Below are positions 57,997 through 64,000 of a stretch of 64,000 nucleotides of DNA, in pieces. The DNA is from Myxococcales bacterium. GTDB taxonomy: Bacteria > Myxococcota_A > Polyangia > Polyangiales > Polyangiaceae. Under the pieces are notes generated by a model, which ran no database searches, was not told where the DNA came from, and was given only the letters and a program-made list of their open reading frames with translations. The DNA lies in assembly GCA_016703425.1 (NCBI GenBank), contig JADJCA010000011.1:186050-250049 (forward strand), given 5' to 3'. The translations under genes were made by a program, and so were the position numbers. Every line of letters begins with the position of its first letter. Position 1 is the first letter of the stretch.

Positions 57997-58379
57997 GTGA
58001 GCCTCACGGCGCCCGCAGCCTTGATGTTATTCCGTATCGATGTAGAGTTCATGGGTCCTCGTTGGTGTCGAGGGCTCGGAGGCGTCGGGGGTCGAGTCCC
58101 GGCGCCTTCGGCGTTTGTGGTTTAGGCCGCTCGTTCACTCGCGGGCGGCAGGCCGGCGGGAGGGGCGAGACCGAGCTCGGTCATCGCGGCGGCAAGCTTC
58201 TGGCCGGCCCGGCCGCGAACAGCGTGAGCGCCTTCGGTGAGCGCTTTGGCGGCGGAGCGTGGGTCCACGTCCGCGGCGGCAGCGAGCTTGAGGACTGCGA
58301 TTCGGTCGGCGGTGCCCATGGCGAGCACAGTGGGCGCCATGCGGCTCGAATCAAAACAGCTTGCCGGCGGCCGGCATTG

Positions 58380-59396
58380 CTAACGCTTTTTGAGACGTCG
58401 TGATTTCTCGACCCGAAGCGCCGCCGGGGTAGTGCGCGGCATCTCGAGACGTTCAGCCATCACTTCAATGATCGCGCGTTCGATTTCGCCAGCGGCCGAG
58501 GGCACCCCGTCGAGGGCTCCCGATCGCCTCGGTGGCCGGCCACGCCGAACCTTCACGCGCAACACGCGGCGGATCGCTTCCAGCCCGATCTTGCGGGCCT
58601 CCTCGAGAAAAGGCCCCCCCGCGCCGATGTGGTTCAGCACAGCTCTCGCGGCCCGTTCCTCGTCGTGCACGCCATCCCGGTGAGATTGCCGAACCGCCTC
58701 GAGGAACCGCTGCCGAACCTGCGTGAGACGCCGTTCGCGCGGGCGGAACCAAGATCGCGTGGACGCTACGAACGCGCTCAAGCTCCTCGAGAGCGGGCAG
58801 GGTGTCGATCGGCCCATCCACGCGAGCCTCGAGGTCTTCGAGCCATCGTCGAAGGCTGGGCAGCATTCGGGCGATCTCGCCGGCCCGAAGGAGTTCGACG
58901 GTTGTGCGGCGCGCCGCCTCGTCGGACGCCACGCCCTCGCGCTTCGCGCGTTCCTCCACGGGCGTCGAGCCCGCGCTCGACGCGGCTCGCTTGGAAGTCA
59001 CCTCGCGCGCCTTCCGCTCTTTCGCCATCGCCCTTGCCCCCGCACCGGGAATGGTATCGCTCCACACAAGAGAAAGCGCGGCGCTCACGCATCACCCCGC
59101 GCACCGCGGGGTCCGCCTCGAGCTCGGCGACACGGGCCCCGAGGGCGCCCGCGATGGCTTCGTGCGCGGCGAGAAGGAGCTTCAGCTTCGATTGGGTGAG
59201 GAGGACGAGGTCGGCCACCGTGCCATCGTTGACGTTCTCGGACTCGTGCACGGCGCCGATGGCGTCGACGAGGCTCTCGACTTCGGCAAACGCGCCGGCG
59301 ACATCCCCCCGAATAGGAGACGGCCCGCCTCAGCGAAATGGGCGCCTCGAGGGCAACGGTCTCGAGTTCGAGCGCGCAGGTCGTACTGGTCTTCAT
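58380..59396 (-). pseudogene. hypothetical phage gene of about 335 aa, readable only by joining three frames at homopolymer runs (59305-59310, 59037-59041, 58736-58745)
   Basis: MKTSTTCALELETVALEAPISLRRAVSYSG / DVAGAFAEVESLVDAIGAVHESENVNDGTVADLVLLTQSKLKLLLAAHEAIAGALGARVAELEADPAVRGVMRERRAF / AMAKERKAREVTSKRAASS...ELERVRSVHAILVPPAR / ERRLTQVRQRFLEAVRQSHRDGVHDEE...RVEKSRRLKKR. Each junction sits at a C/G homopolymer or GCGCGC run. Confidence 0.35.
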
Positions 59397-59475
59397 GGTC
59401 GGATCGCTTTCTGCGGCGTCGTAGGCCGCCGTCGACGTCCCTCCACGGAGAGGCGCCGAAGGCGGACCACGCCGC

Positions 59476-59709
59476 CTATCCCGACCGCCCCTTTCGCCTC
59501 GCCGTCGCGAGGTCGGCCACGCCTTCGCGCGCGAGCCTCCTTGCCTTGAGCTCCTCGGCCACTTGTGCGACGACATCGAAGCGACCCGCCGCCGTCGCTG
59601 CTTCGAGCGCCCTCGCGAGACCCTCCTCGACGCGGTCCCCGAACGTGGCTGCGCTTTGCGGCTGCTCACCGACCGGCAGCTCGCTACCGACGGCAACACG
59701 GTTGGCCAT
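59476..59709 (-). CDS. hypothetical small protein (77 aa) at the attR-proximal end
   Basis: MANRVAVGSELPVGEQPQSAATFGDRVEEGLARALEAATAAGRFDVVAQVAEELKARRLAREG. Confidence 0.3.
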   Translation of the reverse strand: MANRVAVGSELPVGEQPQSAATFGDRVEEGLARALEAATAAGRFDVVAQVAEELKARRLAREGVADLATARRKGRSG

Positions 59710-59758
59710 CTTCCGGATATCGTTAGCGTCGACTCCCGATGCGTCGTCCTCCGAGGGC

Positions 59759-59812
59759 TTTAGGTTCCGCCGCCGCAAGGCGTGGGGGTTCAAGTCCCTT
59801 CCCGTGCACTTC
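59759..59812. repeat. attR core: 54-bp direct repeat, a partial tRNA-Leu 3-prime half
   Basis: Identical to 43891-43944. No 5-prime tRNA half is present here, so this is an integration scar and not a second tRNA gene. Confidence 0.85.
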
Positions 59813-59838
59813 CCTTGAGGCAACTCAGCCCGACACGC

Positions 59839-60396
59839 TCACTGCAAGAGCACGTCGACCCTTCGATCCATCATCCAGCCCATCTCATCGGTGCCCGTGG
59901 CGTCGAGCTTGCCGCGGGACGTCTCGAGAAGGCTCCCGTCGGGAACGCCGAGGCGCCCCAGGTAGTCGCGCACGCTGCTCGCGCGACGCTCGCCTAGCGC
60001 CATGTTGTATTCAACTTCGCCGCGCGGATCGGCGCGGCCCACCAGCGTGAGACGACGCCCTTGGAGCGGGCCCGTCGTGACACACGTCGCGATCTGAGAG
60101 AGCACGTCGCCGTCTTGCGAGGCGAGGACGCTCTCGTCGAAGGCGAACTTCGGCGCCGTGCCGACATCGTTGAAGTGCAGATTGCACACTCTGGCGATCT
60201 CCTCCGAGACGTTGAGGTTCGGCGAGACCGGCTCAACCTTCGGCGGGACCACGAGCTTCGCCGACGTGAAGACCGGCGCCTCCACGACCGGCACCACCGC
60301 TTTCGGGCTCGCACAACCCGCTACGACGGCGAACGACATCGCCACGCCCCACGCAACCGACCCACTCGATGAATTGTTGAACATGTTCCGTTCCAA
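59839..60396 (-). CDS. OmpA/Pal-family peptidoglycan-associated lipoprotein
   Basis: Lipobox FAVVAGCASP. OmpA C-terminal-like motif LVGRADPRGEVEYNMALGERRASSVRDYL. Confidence 0.8.
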   Translation of the reverse strand: MERNMFNNSSSGSVAWGVAMSFAVVAGCASPKAVVPVVEAPVFTSAKLVVPPKVEPVSPNLNVSEEIARVCNLHFNDVGTAPKFAFDESVLASQDGDVLSQIATCVTTGPLQGRRLTLVGRADPRGEVEYNMALGERRASSVRDYLGRLGVPDGSLLETSRGKLDATGTDEMGWMMDRRVDVLLQ

Positions 60397-60435
60397 AGCA
60401 TTCGCTGTGCCGCGTAGGGCTCGTGTCTCCCGTTC

Positions 60436-60819
60436 TCAGTGCAACCGCGTTTGGAGGCCAAACGACGTCTTCGCGTACGCAGCGAGCTGCTTGTCCGTCG
60501 GATGGTCGGACGTCTCCATGCCGATGATCTTGGGCTCGAGGGCGTGATCGTGCCGATGCACGTACCTCAGAAACTCGAGCTTCGCGGAGCCCGGTCCGAC
60601 GACGAGGATCTCCTCGGCGCCATCGAGGCCCCGCCCCACGTCACGGAAGAACCGCTTCACGTCGTCGGGATGCTCCTTGTCTCCGTCCGCGCCACGAGGG
60701 TGCTTGTGATGCAGGTTCGGCAACGCGGCCACGACCACGGCCTCGTCGACGCCGTCCATGTGGATGTGAAAGATGCGCGCTTCCTTGTGATCGAGCCAAA
60801 CGGCGGCGTACCTGCTCAT
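60436..60819 (-). CDS. hypothetical protein (127 aa), His/Asp-rich
   Basis: Start ATG at 60817-60819 with GGAGG 6 nt upstream. MSRYAAVWLDHKEARIFHIHMDGVDEAVVVAALPNLHHKHPRGADGDKEHPDD. The N-terminal extension in the track ORF was rejected. Confidence 0.5.
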   Translation of the reverse strand: MSRYAAVWLDHKEARIFHIHMDGVDEAVVVAALPNLHHKHPRGADGDKEHPDDVKRFFRDVGRGLDGAEEILVVGPGSAKLEFLRYVHRHDHALEPKIIGMETSDHPTDKQLAAYAKTSFGLQTRLH

Positions 60820-60825
60820 GCGAGA

Positions 60826-60830
60826 CCTCC
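60826..60830 (-). promoter_or_regulatory. Shine-Dalgarno GGAGG for the 60436-60819 gene
   Basis: cctcc on the plus strand 6 nt from the start codon complement. Confidence 0.5.
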
Positions 60831-61184
60831 GATTTTTCCAGAAGAGACGGGCGACACGACCACGTGACATGGGGGACGGCACGCACGACGCGTGCCGCGA
60901 CGCCGGCGTGGCCCCAAGGACGCGCAAGAACAACGCTCGAGAAGCCATGACTCGCTTGGTTACAGCCCCTCTGCAGCGAGAGCGCTGGCAACCTGCGAAG
61001 CCTTCGCAGGATGCGAACGCCTCATGGCGGCGGCCACGCGCGCCGGTCGCCGACGGTCTCAGGACTCCCCCACCCGATGGACCGCTGTTGGGTTCTCATC
61101 AGCCCATCGGCGGGGCGCGTTTCCGCGGAGTTGCGGCGCTCCCGGCCACTCGACCGCGGGCACACGCGATGCAGCGCCCGGCGC

Positions 61185-62342
61185 ATGCGCTTTGCAGGTC
61201 GATCAGGCTCGAATCACTTCCCCTCTCCCCGCGCGGTGCCGCTCCTCCTTGGTTGCGCGCTGTTGGCGTGCGGCGGCGCTGACGACGCTCAGGTCGACGC
61301 CGACGAGGGCGCCCTCGAAGCAGGTGGCACCGTCGAGAGCTACGCCTTCGTGCGAAGCCGGAACGTCAGCCCGAGCGAGGACGCGCCCGATCCCGAGCTC
61401 CACCGCAAGCTTTGCCCTCCCGGCGAAGCCGTGTGCCCACTCTACGGGCTGCTCATCTCGCAGGAGCACGACCGGGCGCTCGCCAAGACGGTCTTCACGG
61501 GTCGCTACAACGCGCCGCTGCCTATGCTCGATCAGGGCGCCATGGTCGCGCCATCGGCCGTCCGGAAGACGCCGCCGTACTCGGATCCGCTAGCGATGAC
61601 GCTCTTGGGAAAGAAGATCTACCACGGCGATTGGGTACGGATTCGTTACGGCAAGCTCCTCGCGGGTCGCCCCTACGGGCAAGGCAACTTTGGCGACGCG
61701 AGCGTCGCGTACTGGATGGATGACGTGACCTCCGTTGACGTCACCTACGCGCGCCCGCGGCTTCAGTGTGTCAGCGCGCCGCAAGCGAACGGTCGAAACT
61801 ACGTGCTCGTCACCGAGAGCGGCCGCGCCCCTTTGACCTATGGGCCCGGCACCCGCTTGAAGTTGCATTCGTGTAGCGCCACGCCGGGTGAGCTGTGCAG
61901 CGTCGAAGCGACGGCGGAGCTCAACGTGACCGAGGCCAACAAGAGCCCGCTGTCGTTCGTTGGCCACCACGAGCGCTGGGCGCTGAGCGGCCCGGAGAAC
62001 GAGCTCCGCGCCGCCTTCGGCGAGCGCTACTGGAGCATGCGGCCCGTGGCCATCCGAGAGAAAGACCGACTCGGCATGGAGGACGGCCGGAACAACCGCG
62101 TCCGCGACGTCGACCTGTCGACCCGGGCGGAGCTCGACTTCAACATGCAGATTGGGTCGCCGCTCGCGCTAAGCGGTCTCCCCCTCGCCACGCACCTGAG
62201 CGTTGAGCCGAAGGATCGAGCGGCGGTGCGCGCCGACGCCGAACGCGTCCCCAACGCGGAGCTTCAGTGGACGTGCGGCCTCCGCGCCACCGACGTCGTC
62301 ATGGAGAAGAGGGTCCCGATGTTCTGCTCGCGCTTCGAATAG
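61185..62342 (+). CDS. hypothetical lipoprotein
   Basis: MRFAGRSGSNHFPSPRAVPLLLGCALLACGGADD lipobox. 385 aa. Confidence 0.5.
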   Translation: MRFAGRSGSNHFPSPRAVPLLLGCALLACGGADDAQVDADEGALEAGGTVESYAFVRSRNVSPSEDAPDPELHRKLCPPGEAVCPLYGLLISQEHDRALAKTVFTGRYNAPLPMLDQGAMVAPSAVRKTPPYSDPLAMTLLGKKIYHGDWVRIRYGKLLAGRPYGQGNFGDASVAYWMDDVTSVDVTYARPRLQCVSAPQANGRNYVLVTESGRAPLTYGPGTRLKLHSCSATPGELCSVEATAELNVTEANKSPLSFVGHHERWALSGPENELRAAFGERYWSMRPVAIREKDRLGMEDGRNNRVRDVDLSTRAELDFNMQIGSPLALSGLPLATHLSVEPKDRAAVRADAERVPNAELQWTCGLRATDVVMEKRVPMFCSRFE

Positions 62343-62452
62343 CAAGGGCTGCCCCGCCCTCGCGGGGCTTCCTCGTTGGTTGGTCGTCGCTCACGTTGAA
62401 CGACACCCAAAGATGTGATCCCCGCCCTATCGGGGCCCGCTAGCCTCTCGCG

Positions 62453-63448
62453 ATGCGCACTCCCCGCTCCTTGTTCGCGTCCAGCCTTCTCCTCGCCTCG
62501 TCGGTTGCCGTCGCCGCCGCGTCTGGCTGCTCCGACGACGAGACCACGCCTTCGCCAGCGGCCGCGACCGATGCGTCAACCAGCGGCGACGCGCCCACGG
62601 GGGCGGACTCCTCAAGCGCGAGCGACGGCTCGACGGCGAACGACGGTGGCAGCGGCGACGCCGGCGGACTCGACGCGACGCCAAGCGCGGACGCCGCCCC
62701 CGACAGTGCGACCGCCACCGGTGGTCCCTTCGGACTCGTCTACTCGGGCAAGTTCAACGGTATCGACAACCGCGTCGTCACCGCGACGCTGAACGGCGCC
62801 GGCGAATTGCGCGGGTACACGTTCAGCGCCAACGAAGCGCCTGTCGTCCTCACGGCCAGCGTCGGCGACGTCTTCGCCGACGGCTTCGCCAACGCGGGAC
62901 GCTGGCACAGCGGCACCGTCGGCGGACCGTTCTACGATGACGGCGGCGTGAAGACGCTCTCGGCGACGGAGGCGCAACACTACGGCCTCGCGCGTGTGAA
63001 GCCCGCGTTTCCAGCGACCGGCAGCGCAACCTACACGCTCGTTGGCTCGACCAAGCCCACGATCGGTGACGGCTCAAAGCCCGTCGGCAACGTCACCGCC
63101 GGGAGCCTCACGGCGACCTTTGGCGGTGCCGCCGGCACCGTCGTCGGCTTCTCGCTCAGCCTGACGATGGACGACGGCTCCTTCGACCTCGTTGGCAATG
63201 GCGGCTCGAGCAATGTCGGCGACGCTGGCACGCCGTACACCTCCGGCGACGCTGGCTTCTACTTCGCGGCGCCCGGAATGGTCGTCTCGACCGACGCCGG
63301 CGCGTGTCCCTCCGGCACGTGCACCTCGACGGCAAGTCGCATCACCTTCGCCGGTCCGAACCTGGAGCGCATCGTCCTCGCGTTCGTCTTCGGTCCGGGG
63401 TCGCTGACGGGAGCGCGTCGCGGGGTCGCCGTGTTCCAGCGACAATAG
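62453..63448 (+). CDS. hypothetical lipoprotein with Ser/Asp/Gly/Ala-rich low-complexity linker
   Basis: MRTPRSLFASSLLLASSVAVAAASGCSDDE lipobox. 60-aa acidic low-complexity region, then a beta-rich domain. Confidence 0.5.
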   Translation: MRTPRSLFASSLLLASSVAVAAASGCSDDETTPSPAAATDASTSGDAPTGADSSSASDGSTANDGGSGDAGGLDATPSADAAPDSATATGGPFGLVYSGKFNGIDNRVVTATLNGAGELRGYTFSANEAPVVLTASVGDVFADGFANAGRWHSGTVGGPFYDDGGVKTLSATEAQHYGLARVKPAFPATGSATYTLVGSTKPTIGDGSKPVGNVTAGSLTATFGGAAGTVVGFSLSLTMDDGSFDLVGNGGSSNVGDAGTPYTSGDAGFYFAAPGMVVSTDAGACPSGTCTSTASRITFAGPNLERIVLAFVFGPGSLTGARRGVAVFQRQ

Positions 63449-63565
63449 GCCCAGCGTGCCGAGCGGGACCGCGCAGATCGTGCTCGCCCGGAGGTGCGTC
63501 GCGCCAAATTCGCGCGCGCCTCGGGACGCGTCGATTCCGCGTTGTCGCCGACGTACACTGAGCGA

Positions 63566-64000
63566 GTGGGCGCGGAGAGCGAAAGAGGAGGGGCTAGCCC
63601 GTCGAGCGTCGGGTCTCCGCGGACGGCTGCGGAGATCCGCGAGCGCATCCTGGCCGAGCACCGGGAGCTTCGCGAACTCTTGGCCGAGGTGCTCACGCTC
63701 TCGCGTACCGTGGCCTCGCGCGACGACGAGGAGTCGCTCAAACTCGCCGTGCGAGCCCTCGTCTTGGTCTTCGGAGAGCACCTGCGCTCCGAAGAAGCGG
63801 TCCTCGTGCCGACGCTCGAGCGCGTCGAGCCGTGGGGCCCCGCGCGCGTGGAACGGCTCGACGAAGAGCACGCAACGCAACGGGCGATGCTGAAGGACAT
63901 CTTTGCCAGCATCGGCAAGCTCGACGATCGGACGCAGCTCGCCGAACGGGCCGCGGCCTTCGCCACGCGCCTCCTCGACGACATGAACGAAGAAGAGGCG
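63566..64000 (+). CDS. hemerythrin-like (HHE cation-binding) domain protein, 3-prime truncated by the window end; putative GTG start
   Basis: AEIRERILAEHRELRELL...FGEHLRSEE...LDEEHATQRAMLKDI carries H/E motifs at hemerythrin spacing. Frame open to position 64000. Confidence 0.5.
   Translation, partial: MGAESERGGASPSSVGSPRTAAEIRERILAEHRELRELLAEVLTLSRTVASRDDEESLKLAVRALVLVFGEHLRSEEAVLVPTLERVEPWGPARVERLDEEHATQRAMLKDIFASIGKLDDRTQLAERAAAFATRLLDDMNEEEA

Larger units (their letters stand above)
43891..59812. mobile_element. 15.9 kb tRNA-Leu-integrated phage-like element (defective prophage or satellite-like); all genes on the minus strand
   Basis: Intact tRNA at left end plus integrase immediately adjacent. 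54-bp perfect direct repeat at the right end. Phage gene set inside (TMP, TerL, P4-type helicase, Xis). Confidence 0.8.

Noticed and set aside
59758-59812. Possible second tRNA gene at the right end of the island
   Set aside because: Only the 3-prime 54 nt (anticodon loop to acceptor end) is present; no 5-prime half. It is the attR duplication.
63074-63880. 268-aa minus-strand ORF
   Set aside because: Arg-rich and antisense to the lipoprotein and hemerythrin-like genes.
1-64000. Whole window scanned for CRISPR arrays and rRNA genes
   Set aside because: No regularly spaced short direct repeats with unique spacers. No rRNA-like conserved stretches. The only tandem repeats are coding repeats and the short simple-sequence repeat at 30816.

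Overview
64 kb window, very GC-rich (about 68-70% by eye), so all six frames are nearly open and many track ORFs are Arg/Ala/Pro-rich antisense artefacts. I called genes only where the translation looked protein-like or carried a recognisable motif. Likely taxon is a myxobacterium (inference): one protein ends in a MYXO-CTERM-type tail, at least 15 products start with a lipobox signal peptide, and several secreted proteins carry Cys-rich repeats.

Left 43.8 kb, chromosomal:
- YcaQ/AlkZ-family DNA glycosylase.
- Operon encoding a MYXO-CTERM secreted protein and a di-CXXCH lipoprotein.
- SAM-dependent methyltransferase and an S1 serine protease.
- Many lipoproteins.
- MacAB-like ABC-FtsX-HlyD efflux operon (stop/start overlaps of 4 nt).
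- purC.
- A clear bacterial homologue of the eukaryotic major vault protein (MVP), 675 aa, with a simple-sequence repeat upstream.
- NFACT-R/DUF814 protein.
- GHKL ATPase.
- tgt with an MnmC-like gene coupled to its stop.
- Secreted alpha/beta hydrolase.
- 1266-aa lipoprotein made of six 93-aa tandem repeats plus a BNR/sialidase-like propeller.

At 43859-43940 a tRNA-Leu(UAG) marks attL of a 15.9 kb integrated phage-like element. It is bounded by a perfect 54-bp direct repeat (43891-43944 and 59759-59812). It carries a tyrosine integrase, an RHH protein, a tape measure protein, a large terminase, a Prim-Pol gene, a P4/D5-type helicase, an ERCC4-type nuclease and an excisionase-like HTH. No portal or capsid gene is recognisable. 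All element genes are on the minus strand with extensive ATGA/GTGA/TGATG stop-start coupling.

Right flank: Pal/OmpA lipoprotein, two lipoproteins and a hemerythrin-like gene that is cut off at the window end.

Several genes appear frameshifted at homopolymer or simple runs. This may be sequencing error or real pseudogenisation; I cannot tell which from sequence alone. No rRNA or CRISPR was seen.
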